Shown here: in pieces, positions 8,204 through 18,020 of the stretch
Position numbering within the stretch: the stretch's first letter is position 1
Layout: each line of letters starts with the position of its first letter
NCBI GenBank assembly: GCA_965372715.1
Contig: CBDVDH010000006.1
Location: 62,001 to 86,606 of the forward strand
DNA: 24,606 bases
Direction: 5' to 3'
Origin: an uncultured bacterium
GTDB taxonomy: Bacteria > B130-G9
Position numbers and translations under genes: made by a program
The notes under the pieces: generated by a model
What the model saw: only the letters and a program-made list of their open reading frames with translations
The model's database searches: none
What the model was told of the DNA's origin: nothing

Positions 8204-11200
8204 TTGCTCATAGGCGTTGATGTAGGGTCTGTGGCGGTAAAGGTCGTCCTTATGGGCAGCGACCGCAAGGTGGTTGAGCACCATTACAGGCGGATCAAGG
8301 GACGGCCTCTTCGCACGGTCAGCGACACACTGATAGACATTCTTGGGCGTTATGATCACGCCAAGATCAGGGCTGTTTGTGCAACAGGCGCCGGGGGAAG
8401 GCTCATCGCGGAACTTCTGAACGGCATCTTCGTAAATGAGGTGATTGCTCAATATCTCGCTGGCCTGTTCTTCGACGGGAACGTCAGGACTGTCATCGAC
8501 ATAGGCGGCGAGGAGTCGAAGCTGATGTTGCTTTCTCAGGACATGGCGACTGGCGAGCCCTCAGTTTCGGACTTCGAGATGAACACGGTGTGCGCGGCCG
8601 GGACTGGCTCTTTTTTGGACCAGCAGGCCACGCGCCTCGGCGTGTCCATCGAGGATGAATTCGCGGAGCTGGCCCTGAAGTCCAAGACGCCGCCGCGGGT
8701 AGCCGGTAGATGCAGCGTTTTCGCGAAGACGGACATGATTCACCTTCAGCAGGAGGGCACGCCCGTCTATGATATCGTTGGTGGTCTATGCTACGCGATG
8801 GCTCGAAGCTTCAAGAGCAACGTCGTCAAGGGGTCCAAGATGAGACCGCTGGTCTCGTTTCAGGGTGGCGTCGCGTCGAATCGTGCTATGGTTAAGGCAC
8901 TTAAGCAGGTTCTTGGACTGAACGATGGCCAAATGCTCGTCCACGAGCTCCACGGCGTTGCAGGCGCTATCGGCGCGTGTCTGCATTATCTTGGGTCAAA
9001 AAACGTGCCGGAGCAGTATTTCGAGGGGCTGTCGAAGCTCGACGAGTTCCTCCTGAGACCCTCGGCGGAGGAAAAGCATCTGCCGATGCTGTCGCTTGAA
9101 AACGTCGTGCTGCCGGGCGATGCACACGTGCGGCGGGCCGAGATGCCCAAGTCAGCCCGACCCCTAAAGGTCTATCTCGGGATAGATGTCGGCTCCATCA
9201 GCACAAATGTCGTTGCCATTGATGAGGACCTTAACCTCCTGGCGAAGTGCTATCTCATGACGGCGGGTCGGCCGATCGACGCGGTCGCTAGGGGGCTTTC
9301 CGAAGTAGGCGAGGAATTGGCTCGCAGCGTCAAGGTCGCTGGCGTCGGGACGACAGGCTCGGGTCGGTACATGACGGGTGAGGTGGTCGGCGCTGACACA
9401 GTGAGGAACGAGATCACGGCGCAGGCTACGGCCGCGGCTGTGATAGACCCCGATGTCGATACGATCTTCGAGATAGGTGGCCAGGACTCGAAATACATCG
9501 GCCTCGAAAACGGCGTAGTTGTAGATTTTGAGATGAATAAGGTCTGCGCAGCTGGGACGGGCTCTTTTCTCGAGGAGCAGGCGGAGAAGCTTGGCGTTAG
9601 CATTAAGAGGGAGTTTGCGGACGAGGCGCTGGGCTCAAGGACGCCGGTCAGGCTGGGCGAGCGCTGTACGGTGTTCATGGAATCCAGCGTGACCCACTTC
9701 CAGCAGGAGGGCGCGAAACGAGAGAACCTTCTCGCCGGGCTGGCATACTCGATCGTTTACAACTACCTCAATCGGGTTGTGGGGACGAAGAAGGTCGGCA
9801 ATAACATCTTCTTCCAAGGGGGCGTGGCTTTTAACCGCTCGGTCTGTGCGGCGTTCAGCGCGGTTACCGGCAAAAGGATCACCGTTCCCCCGAATCACGA
9901 GGTGACAGGCGCCATTGGCGCAGCTATGCTGGCCAAGGATGCGATGAAGGGACGCGGCGCCAGCAAGTTCAAGGGCTTCGACTTGAAGGACCGGAAATGG
10001 GAGCTTAGGACTTTCGAATGCCACGACTGCGCGAATGTCTGCGAGATCCGACAGGTCACAATGGAGGGTGAGCCTCCCATATACTACGGCTCACGGTGCG
10101 AGAAGTATGACGTGCGTAAGAAGGCCGCAACACACTCGCGCCGAATACCTGATCTCTTCGCCGAGCGCGAGGAGCTTCTGATGCGCTGGCATTCAAAGCC
10201 TGCTGAGCGCGCCTCGAGCAGCGGGATGACGATCGGGATACCGAGGGCTCTTCTGTTCTTCGAGCTTTATCCCATGTGGTCCGCCTTCTTTGGGGCGCTA
10301 GGCTTCGAGACCGTCCTTTCGGCAAAGACGAACAAGCATGTTATCCACGAGGGGGTTGAGGCGGTCAAGGCTGAGATGTGCTTCCCGGTTAAGGTTATGC
10401 ACGGGCACGTGCTCGATCTCCTGAAGAAGGGCGTTGACAGAGTCTTTCTGCCCAGCGTGATCAACATGCCCATAGAGACGAAGGGGTTCGTCAATTACTA
10501 CAACTGCCCGCTGGTTCAGTCGATCCCATACACGATCAGATGCGGCGTCGATGGCTTGGAGCGGGAACGTATCCTGAGCCCAATTCTCTATCTCCAGCGA
10601 GGCAAGAAGGACACCGTAAACCGGCTGGCAAAGTTCGCTCACGAGGACCTCGGAGTCTCGCGGTCGGACGCGAGAAGGGCGGCTGAGGCGGCTATGACCG
10701 CCCAGCAGGAGTTCACAACGCGTCAAATTGAGCTCGTCAGCAGAGCGGAACAGGTTATCAGGGAATATGGCAGAGCCGTTGTGATAATCGGTCGCCCCTA
10801 CAACACCAGCGACGCGTTCGTGAATCTCAATCTGCCGAAGAAGCTTCGGGAACTCGATGTCCTTGCTGTGCCAATGGACCTCATACGACCTGACGTTTCG
10901 CTAACGCTGAAGGAACACAGTAACATGTATTGGCGTTACGGGCAGAGGATTCTGGGCACGGCGGTGTCCATAGCCAAGGACCCCCGGCTCTACGGCCTTT
11001 ATATCACCAATTTCGGCTGCGGCCCGGATTCTTTTATCGCCAGGTTCTTCTCCGAGATTATGGGCGAGAAGCCATTTCTTCAGATCGAGATCGATGAGCA
11101 CAGCGCAGACGTCGGGGCAATCACTAGGTGTGAGGCGTTTCTGGACAGCATTGAGGGCAAGAAGCACAGAGCTGAGGTTGAGCCCCGGCTGGTCGAGAAC

Positions 11201-12445
11201 CGCGCCAGCGAGAGGACGCGAGGAATCAAGGACAAGACCCTTTACGTTCCCAGCATGAGCGATCACGTGTATCCTTTCTGCGCGGCGCTGAAGCGCTTTG
11301 GCTTCAACGCGGAGGTTATCCCAGAGGCGGACGAGGAGAGCCTTGAGCTTGGACGTCGTTACACGAGTGGCAGGGAATGTTTCCCATGCATCGTGACGAC
11401 TGGGGACATGGTCAAGCTCTGCCAGAGCGATGGTTTCGACCGCGACAAGGCGATGTTTATGATGCCGACGACCTCTGGCCCTTGTAGGTTCGGGCAGTAC
11501 AACCACGCTCAGCGCATGGTACTGGAGACCATAGGCTTCCCGGACGTCCCCATACTCGCGCCCGACCAGGACAGAACCGGCGATTTCCACGGGACGCTCA
11601 AGGACGTTCCGTTGAGGTTCTACTTTCACGGATACCGGGGTATGGTCTCCGTCGATTACATTGAGAGGCTAGCACGGCGCATCAGGCCCTATGAGAAGGT
11701 CCCCGGCCGAGCCGACGAGGTTTACAGTTATTGCCTGAAGGAGATAACCCGCGCCACACGGGAAGGTGACGTCCTGAGCGTGTTGCCGAAGTGTTCCGCT
11801 CTTTTTGCTAGAATTGAGCGAGTTAAAACGCAGCTGAGGCCCAGAATCGGCGTCGTGGGGGAGATATACGTCAGGTCGCATAGGTTCAGCAACCAGAACA
11901 TAGTCAAGCGGCTTGAGGCGCTGGGCGCTGAGGTCTGGATGCCGCCGTTCGCTGAGTGGACCTATTATCTTACGTTTATCCACGCCCGGGATGCGGCCAG
12001 TATGGGCAAGTGGTGGCGCTTCACCAAGCTGCGCGCGCTCTATCTCTTGCAGCGACTCGGAGAGCGAACCATTCGAGAGGCAATCGGTGATTCGACCGGC
12101 CTATATCACGACGAACCAGTTGCACACGCAATCCACGCCGCCTCGCCTTATCTTGACGCCTCGTTCCACGGTGAGAGCATCTTGTCAATTGGGAAGATGG
12201 TCGAGTTCATTGAGAATGGCGCAACTGGAGTGATAAACCTCATGCCATTCGGATGCCTGCCGGGGACAGTCGTGACCTCCATGCTGAAGAAGCTGCACGA
12301 AGACTTTGATGGGATACCCGCGCTCTCGATCAACTACGATGGCCTTGAGGACCCGGCCGAGCAAACCCGCCTCGAGGCGTTCGTGCACCAAGCCAAACAG
12401 CGCGCTGAACGAATGCAGGCGCGCGGCGAGAAGCCTCGATACTAA
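8204..12445 (+). CDS. Fused acyl-CoA dehydratase activase (2x BadF/BadG/BcrA/BcrD) + DUF2229 + dehydratase/reductase domain Fe-S protein; PlsA/Ger-like
   Basis: Two ASKHA ATPase domains (GVDVGS...DIGGEESK...CAAGTGSFL...RCSVF and GIDVGS...EIGGQDSK...CAAGTGSFL...RCTVF), then CHDCANVC, CFPVK, YNCP, GRPYN, FGCGPD, ECFPC, GPCRFGQY, GEIYVR and MPFGCLPG. Confidence 0.9.
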   Translation: MLIGVDVGSVAVKVVLMGSDRKVVEHHYRRIKGRPLRTVSDTLIDILGRYDHAKIRAVCATGAGGRLIAELLNGIFVNEVIAQYLAGLFFDGNVRTVIDIGGEESKLMLLSQDMATGEPSVSDFEMNTVCAAGTGSFLDQQATRLGVSIEDEFAELALKSKTPPRVAGRCSVFAKTDMIHLQQEGTPVYDIVGGLCYAMARSFKSNVVKGSKMRPLVSFQGGVASNRAMVKALKQVLGLNDGQMLVHELHGVAGAIGACLHYLGSKNVPEQYFEGLSKLDEFLLRPSAEEKHLPMLSLENVVLPGDAHVRRAEMPKSARPLKVYLGIDVGSISTNVVAIDEDLNLLAKCYLMTAGRPIDAVARGLSEVGEELARSVKVAGVGTTGSGRYMTGEVVGADTVRNEITAQATAAAVIDPDVDTIFEIGGQDSKYIGLENGVVVDFEMNKVCAAGTGSFLEEQAEKLGVSIKREFADEALGSRTPVRLGERCTVFMESSVTHFQQEGAKRENLLAGLAYSIVYNYLNRVVGTKKVGNNIFFQGGVAFNRSVCAAFSAVTGKRITVPPNHEVTGAIGAAMLAKDAMKGRGASKFKGFDLKDRKWELRTFECHDCANVCEIRQVTMEGEPPIYYGSRCEKYDVRKKAATHSRRIPDLFAEREELLMRWHSKPAERASSSGMTIGIPRALLFFELYPMWSAFFGALGFETVLSAKTNKHVIHEGVEAVKAEMCFPVKVMHGHVLDLLKKGVDRVFLPSVINMPIETKGFVNYYNCPLVQSIPYTIRCGVDGLERERILSPILYLQRGKKDTVNRLAKFAHEDLGVSRSDARRAAEAAMTAQQEFTTRQIELVSRAEQVIREYGRAVVIIGRPYNTSDAFVNLNLPKKLRELDVLAVPMDLIRPDVSLTLKEHSNMYWRYGQRILGTAVSIAKDPRLYGLYITNFGCGPDSFIARFFSEIMGEKPFLQIEIDEHSADVGAITRCEAFLDSIEGKKHRAEVEPRLVENRASERTRGIKDKTLYVPSMSDHVYPFCAALKRFGFNAEVIPEADEESLELGRRYTSGRECFPCIVTTGDMVKLCQSDGFDRDKAMFMMPTTSGPCRFGQYNHAQRMVLETIGFPDVPILAPDQDRTGDFHGTLKDVPLRFYFHGYRGMVSVDYIERLARRIRPYEKVPGRADEVYSYCLKEITRATREGDVLSVLPKCSALFARIERVKTQLRPRIGVVGEIYVRSHRFSNQNIVKRLEALGAEVWMPPFAEWTYYLTFIHARDAASMGKWWRFTKLRALYLLQRLGERTIREAIGDSTGLYHDEPVAHAIHAASPYLDASFHGESILSIGKMVEFIENGATGVINLMPFGCLPGTVVTSMLKKLHEDFDGIPALSINYDGLEDPAEQTRLEAFVHQAKQRAERMQARGEKPRY

Positions 12446-14655
12446 TGGCGCGTCCCTCTGGGCCCAGGACAGCCCCACTCTGCCTCTGGGCGGTCATACT
12501 TGGGGCGATCCTTCTGGCGCCGCATCTCCGGCCGATCGCGCTGCTTTTGCTACCAGGACTTCTCATCCACGCGATACCGGGCATCACGATTAAGGGGCCC
12601 ATATCTGCTCTCGCCAAAACGATCGCGAGCTCAATATCATTCTGGATAGTCGCCGTGTGGGGCGCGTCGTGGATGGGGCTCCATCTCTCGACCCTCTTCT
12701 GGGTGGTTTGCCCGGTTTCTGCCCTGCTGTGGCTGACTCTTGTTGCTCGGAGGACCATATCGCCGGCTATCTTCCCAACGACACCCGTGCGGCTCGTTGT
12801 GCTTGCGTCAGCCTTGGCCCTGACGATGTCGCCGTTCTTCCTCACGGTCGCCCCGCCCGGGGCCGACATGAGCATGCATGGGTATATCACTCGAATGGTG
12901 TATGAAGCTGGTGGGGTCCCGGACACCTATCAGCCTTACCTTCCGATCGAGGACTTCGGGCCGTTCTCAATCGGCTTTCACACGCTCGCGGCCCTGACTA
13001 CGTCGGTGTCGGGTGGGGTGCTGCCTATCTACCGAGCCGTCCTTCTCGTGGACTGCCTCGTCTATTTCCTCTTCTTCCTCTTTGTGTGGGCCATGCTCAG
13101 ACCGCGTTTCAGCGCCCACGTCGCGATGGTCGTGGCGGCGATGGCTCTGTTCCTGTCGAGGAACCCACAGCATTTCTTTGCGTGGGGTGGGACCCCAACC
13201 GTGCTCTCGATTGCGCTCATCGCTTGCGCTATGCCGGCGCTCCGCCGCCCTAAGAACCTCAGCCTGGGCGAGGCGTTCTTCGCGGCCCTCTGCCTCTCTT
13301 CGGCATTCCTCACACATCCGATGCCAGCACTCATCCTCGCTACGGTCTATGTCCCATACGCGGCATACCTGGTGTTTGCGGCAACTAGGCAGGCCGTTCT
13401 CTCGAAGCTCCTACTGCGCCTCCTCGTGATAGCGCTCGTCTGCCTCACGTTCATTTCGTTCTTCCTCGTCAGATTTGAGAACAGGCTCTCCGATGACGAG
13501 CAGGAGTGGATGCAAGTGTGGGGGTCTATCACATCAGAGCGTTGGCATGGGACGGTCCTCGATGCGCCGTTCACCCTCACTCGGCATCTGGCTCAATACG
13601 CCCTGGGCCCCCTTGCTCTGCCGCTGGCCTTTGCGCTGCTTCTTGCGATTTGGTCCCGTGCTATGGATGAGAGAATGGACCTCTATTTCGTGCTTGCGAT
13701 TGTCGGTATCGTCATCAACGCTCGGTATCAGCTCCTCCCGCATTCTGTGTTCCTCCTGCCCGACAGAGCAGCCGCGATGCTGCCAGTTTTTGCGGCGCCG
13801 CTGATCGGCGCCTTGCTATCGAAGGCACAAGATGCGGTGGCAGCGATTATTCCTCAAAACCGTGTGAGGCAGCTCGGCATCGTCATTGGTGTCGCGCTTG
13901 CATGCGCCTGTGCGTCAGGCAGCTATGCCTATTACATCAGGCCCAGCCTGGCAGAGGTGCCGGTAACGCCGGATGATCTCCGCGCCCTTGACTGGATTGA
14001 GAAGCACACCGACCCCGATGCGCACATCGCCAACAATTACTCCGACGCTGGCCTATGGATACCCACGATGACGCGGCGAAGCGTCGCTGTCCCACACGTC
14101 AACATAATCAACTGGTCGGAGACGAAGCTCGTGCTCGCCTCCAGACCCGCTCAATTCATCTACGTCGGCGCCAGGTCCGTCTATCCCTTCCCGTTTGAGT
14201 GGACCCCGGCGGGTGTTGAGGCTCTGCGACCCACGCCACGGCTGGTCTTTCAGAGCGGCCAGGCCAGGCTTTACGAGCTTGACCCCTCGCTTGCGCGCTC
14301 TATCTCGACCAACTTCGAGCGGCTTGTAGTAGGCAAGGGTGAGATTGTTGGTGAGATCGAGCTCCTGCGGCCTGCTCAGGCCGAGACCCTCGCGACACCA
14401 CGCGTGGTCCTTCAGTGGGACCCGTCCGGGTGCGACCTTTTCAACGTTCAGCTCTCGCTGTCGCCTAACTTCGATAACCCCTTGCCAATCTACAACTCCT
14501 ACCCCGCCGTCCAAATCGCTTCCGGCTCCTATGACATCACGCCCCTACGCCCGCTCCTGTCGGCAAACACACCGATATACTGGCGAATCAGAGGTCTCCC
14601 AGCGGAGGGCAGCGATCTCTTCGAGTCCCCCATCCGCCACTTCATTCGGGGATGA
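12445..14655 (+). CDS. Polytopic membrane protein, putative GT-C glycosyltransferase (DUF6541-like) with C-terminal FN3/Ig-like domain
   Basis: Many TM helices, a first-loop PGADMSMH, WGGTPT, DDLRALDWI...IANNYSDAGLWIP, and a C-terminal LLRPAQ...LQW...VQLS...F...IYWRIRG. The start overlaps the upstream stop (TAATG). Confidence 0.6.
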   Translation: MARPSGPRTAPLCLWAVILGAILLAPHLRPIALLLLPGLLIHAIPGITIKGPISALAKTIASSISFWIVAVWGASWMGLHLSTLFWVVCPVSALLWLTLVARRTISPAIFPTTPVRLVVLASALALTMSPFFLTVAPPGADMSMHGYITRMVYEAGGVPDTYQPYLPIEDFGPFSIGFHTLAALTTSVSGGVLPIYRAVLLVDCLVYFLFFLFVWAMLRPRFSAHVAMVVAAMALFLSRNPQHFFAWGGTPTVLSIALIACAMPALRRPKNLSLGEAFFAALCLSSAFLTHPMPALILATVYVPYAAYLVFAATRQAVLSKLLLRLLVIALVCLTFISFFLVRFENRLSDDEQEWMQVWGSITSERWHGTVLDAPFTLTRHLAQYALGPLALPLAFALLLAIWSRAMDERMDLYFVLAIVGIVINARYQLLPHSVFLLPDRAAAMLPVFAAPLIGALLSKAQDAVAAIIPQNRVRQLGIVIGVALACACASGSYAYYIRPSLAEVPVTPDDLRALDWIEKHTDPDAHIANNYSDAGLWIPTMTRRSVAVPHVNIINWSETKLVLASRPAQFIYVGARSVYPFPFEWTPAGVEALRPTPRLVFQSGQARLYELDPSLARSISTNFERLVVGKGEIVGEIELLRPAQAETLATPRVVLQWDPSGCDLFNVQLSLSPNFDNPLPIYNSYPAVQIASGSYDITPLRPLLSANTPIYWRIRGLPAEGSDLFESPIRHFIRG

Positions 14656-14697
14656 TGGCGACCCGAAAGATGAGTTTGACCCAGGCGGCTGTGGCCT

Positions 14698-14877
14698 TCT
14701 GGACTGCGTCCGCCGCGCGGCGGATTTCATTGGTGGTGGCCAGGCGCCACCATCTCATGGATTGCCTTTTTGATCTTTCAGACAGTGATCTTTCGATCTT
14801 GAAGCCAATCGATGTAGGGTCGATGCCGCGTCAAGCCGCGCTGAACCAAAGCGGCGTCGAGCCACCGCACTCCATAG
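14698..14877. repeat. REP-like palindromic elements (GGAGTGCG/GGACTGCG class)
   Basis: TGGACTGCG runs directly into the perfect 16-bp palindrome TCCGCCGCGCGGCGGA (14709-14724). An inverted CCAAAGCGGCGTCGAGCCACCGCACTCCA lies at 14846-14874. Confidence 0.5.
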
Positions 14878-15221
14878 TCATCCAACGGCTGCAACTCACA
14901 GACCGACTCCTGTCGAGCTCATAGCCTCTGGGCAGTGGGAAAGCGTGTTCATCCCACCTTGTCCCTCGCCGTCAATCTGATTTCTTGGGACGAGTGATCG
15001 TCTTTGTGTTCTTAGAGTCCTTGTGTTTGAATGAGGGAAATGAATTATGAACACACTTGACGCGATGGGGCGCAATAGGGAAACTGACTGCAGCAAAGTT
15101 CCACGGCGGACAAGCTGAAGACACAGAAGAAGTCTCGATGATTCCATGTAGATTCGCCGGGGTGAGACGCAGTATAGTTGTCCGCAGATTGACCGAACTT
15201 TGAACTGACGCGAGGCGCGAG

Positions 15222-16862
15222 ATGAAGATCGACTTGACAAAGAACACACTCTGCTATGGCGACAACCTTGAGGTGTTGAGGTTGCATGTGCCGGACCAGT
15301 GTGTTGATCTTATCTATCTCGATCCGCCGTTCAAGAGCAACCAGGATTACAACGTCCTGTTCGCCGAGGCGAATGGCTCGAAGTCCAGGGCTCAGATCAA
15401 GGCCTTCACTGACACTTGGCGCTGGGACCAGGGCGCGGAGGAGGCTTATCTCGAGGTCGTCGAGGCGGGCGGCAAGGTCTCCGATGCGATGCAGGCTTTC
15501 CGCAAGCTTCTCGGCGAGAACGATATGATGGCTTACCTCGCAATGATGGCGCCGCGCCTCGTCGAACTGCGCCGCGTCCTGAAGGCGAGCGGCAGCATGT
15601 ATCTGCATTGCGACCCCACGGCTAGCGCTCACCTGAGGCTCTTGATGGATGCTGTGTTCGGACCGGAGAACTTCAAGGGCGAGATTATATGGAAATGCAC
15701 CAGCGCCCATAGCAACGCTAGAAGACTTGGCAAGATCCATCAGACGCTTCTGTTCTACGCCAAGTCTGACGCCTTTCTCTGGAATCCGGTTTACATGCCG
15801 TATGATGCAGAGTACATCGAGAAATACTACCGGTATATTGATGAGGATGGCCGCCGATTCATGTCCGACAATCTGGTCGGACATAAGGGTGTCAACCCGG
15901 AATATGAGTGGCGCGGAATCACGAGGCCCTGGAGGTATCCCAAGAAGAGGCTTGATGAACTTGATGCGGCAGGACGGATATTTTGGACTCGCAACAACTT
16001 CCCGAGGTTCAAGCGCTATTTGGACGACATGCCGGGCGTGCCGCTTCAGAGCATTTGGACAGATATTCTCCACGTTGTGTCGTGGTCAAAAGAAGGGCTG
16101 GGCTATCCGACGCAGAAGCCGGAGGCGCTACTAGAGCGCATCATCAAAGCCAGCTCGAACGAGGGGGACTTGGTGCTCGACCCGTTCTGTGGCTGTGGGA
16201 CCGCGGTATCTGTCGCCCAAAGACTGAACCGCCGCTGGATCGGGATCGACATAACATATCTCGCGACGAACCTGATCAAATCTCGACTTCGCGATGCGTT
16301 CGGTGAGGGCGTGCTGTATGAGCTTGTCGGTGAGCCAAGAGACCTCGCTAGCGCCCGACAGCTCGCCAAACAAGACCCCTATCAGTTCCAGTGGTGGGTG
16401 CTAGGTCTTGTCGAGGCGCGCGGGGTAGAGCAGAAAAAAGGCGCCGACAAGGGCATCGACGGGCGTATCTTATTCCACGAAGACCTTAAGGGCCGCGTGA
16501 CCAAGCAGATCATCTTCTCAGTAAAGGCGGGCAAGACTGGCGTCGCGCACGTTCGCGATCTTCGAGGCGTCATCGAGCGGGAGAACGCGGCGATTGGCGT
16601 TTTGATCTCAATGCAGGAACCGACGAGGGACATGCGGAAGGAGGCCGCAGCTGCCGGCCTCTACGAATCGTCATTCTGGGGCAGGCGCTATCCCCGGCTC
16701 CAGTTGATCACCGCCAGCGAACTCCTCGAGGGCAAGCGCATCGACGCCCCACCCAGGTTCGCCAACCTTACCCTGAGGCGCGCTCCCAAAGCGGAGAGGC
16801 CGATGCAAAAGATGACGAAACTTAACTTCGCGGCGGACGACAACCGAGGAGAGACAGAATGA
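15222..16862 (+). CDS. Beta-class N4/N6 DNA methyltransferase fused to a C-terminal Mrr-like restriction-endonuclease-fold domain
   Basis: Motif IV DLIYLDPPF precedes YPTQKPEALLERII and motif I LDPFCGCGT (beta order). The C-terminus has DPYQFQWW...GADKGIDG...IIFSVKAG...VRDLRGV. Confidence 0.88.
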   Translation: MKIDLTKNTLCYGDNLEVLRLHVPDQCVDLIYLDPPFKSNQDYNVLFAEANGSKSRAQIKAFTDTWRWDQGAEEAYLEVVEAGGKVSDAMQAFRKLLGENDMMAYLAMMAPRLVELRRVLKASGSMYLHCDPTASAHLRLLMDAVFGPENFKGEIIWKCTSAHSNARRLGKIHQTLLFYAKSDAFLWNPVYMPYDAEYIEKYYRYIDEDGRRFMSDNLVGHKGVNPEYEWRGITRPWRYPKKRLDELDAAGRIFWTRNNFPRFKRYLDDMPGVPLQSIWTDILHVVSWSKEGLGYPTQKPEALLERIIKASSNEGDLVLDPFCGCGTAVSVAQRLNRRWIGIDITYLATNLIKSRLRDAFGEGVLYELVGEPRDLASARQLAKQDPYQFQWWVLGLVEARGVEQKKGADKGIDGRILFHEDLKGRVTKQIIFSVKAGKTGVAHVRDLRGVIERENAAIGVLISMQEPTRDMRKEAAAAGLYESSFWGRRYPRLQLITASELLEGKRIDAPPRFANLTLRRAPKAERPMQKMTKLNFAADDNRGETE

Positions 16863-17500
16863 AGTGCCCATATTGTGGTGATGCGATCTTTTCGCGGCAC
16901 ATACATTCCGTGCCTATGACTAATTTGGGGCCCGACGAAAACGGACGTGAAATGAGAGATTATCGGCTTTATGTCGATGCCTGTCCCGCGTGCGACCGAC
17001 AGATCATACAGCTCTTTGCTAACTTCGACGATTCAGTTAAGAAACACATCATCTGGCCCAAGCGAATATATCGCGAATCATGTCCCACAGAGGTCCCCAA
17101 GGATATCGCTGCGGATTACAACGAGGCGTGCGATGTCATCGACATCAGCCCCACGGCGGCAGCCGCTCTCGCGAGGCGTTGCATGCAATACATATTGGAA
17201 CGAGATGCAGGCGCCCGCAAGGGCGAAAAACTCTGGAAGCAGGTCGAGGCCGTGGTGAACGATCCGAATACGCCTGAATATGTCAAGGGCAACCTACACG
17301 ATCTCCGTGAGATAGGGAACTTCTCTGCCCATGCGAACGAAGATGTGACCGGCCAAGTTCTGCGGGCCGAGCCTGAGGAAGCGGAGTGGACGCTAGAGAC
17401 ACTCAGGACGCTGTTCGAGCATTACTATGTGGGGCCGGCGAACTCCAAGGCGCGAAAGGCGGCCCTCAAGGACAAACTGGCAAAGAAGGCGAAGAAATAG
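16859..17500 (+). CDS. DUF4145 (HEPN-like) domain protein with N-terminal Zn-ribbon
   Basis: CPYC...CPAC, then VPKDIAADYNEA...SPTAAAALARRCMQ...LREIGNFSAH. ATGA overlap with the methyltransferase stop. Confidence 0.8.
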   Translation: MKCPYCGDAIFSRHIHSVPMTNLGPDENGREMRDYRLYVDACPACDRQIIQLFANFDDSVKKHIIWPKRIYRESCPTEVPKDIAADYNEACDVIDISPTAAAALARRCMQYILERDAGARKGEKLWKQVEAVVNDPNTPEYVKGNLHDLREIGNFSAHANEDVTGQVLRAEPEEAEWTLETLRTLFEHYYVGPANSKARKAALKDKLAKKAKK

Positions 17501-17579
17501 CAGGCATTGTGACGGGAGCGTTACCGCAGCTCTGCAGAGACGATCTGCCCGGCGGGTGTGTCACGTTTCCCCTCCCCCC

Positions 17580-17963
17580 TCACCTATGCTTAAACGGCAT
17601 CGGCAGCAGCTCCCTAATCGGTCTTTTGATGAACTCACACTCGCGGTTGGCCATGATCACTTCTACGTAGGGCGCGAACTCGAAGATCAGCTGGCGGCAC
17701 TTCCCGCACGGGGTCACGTGGGTCTCGCAGTCGGCCCAGACCGCGATTTTTTGAAACTCACGGACCCCGCTGGAGAGGGCATTCGCGAAGGCGACTTGTT
17801 CAGCGCAGACGCTCATTGAAAGGGAGTGGTTCTCAATGTTGCAGCCGAGAAAAAGCTTGCCATCAGAGGACAGCAGGGCCGCGCCAACGGGGAATCCCGA
17901 AAACGGAACGATAGCGTTCTCCGCCGCCTTTTTCGCGCTCATTACGAGATCGATGTCTTTCAT
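17580..17963 (-). CDS. cdd: Cytidine deaminase (homotetrameric type)
   Basis: Motifs PFSGFPVGAAL, GCNIEN, CAEQVA and PCGKCRQ. Confidence 0.93.
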   Translation of the reverse strand: MKDIDLVMSAKKAAENAIVPFSGFPVGAALLSSDGKLFLGCNIENHSLSMSVCAEQVAFANALSSGVREFQKIAVWADCETHVTPCGKCRQLIFEFAPYVEVIMANRECEFIKRPIRELLPMPFKHR

Positions 17964-18020
17964 TCGTCACTCCCCGAAGTAGTGCCGTGATTGAATGCAG
18001 ACATATATGGAGGCAATTCC

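Noticed and set aside
14652-14924. 90-aa ORF overlapping the stop of the membrane-protein gene
   Set aside because: It runs through REP-like palindromes and shows no protein-family features.
15045-16073. 342-aa minus-strand ORF, and similar antisense ORFs such as 10901..11629 and 322..864
   Set aside because: They are shadows of well-supported genes on the opposite strand and have no recognisable motifs.
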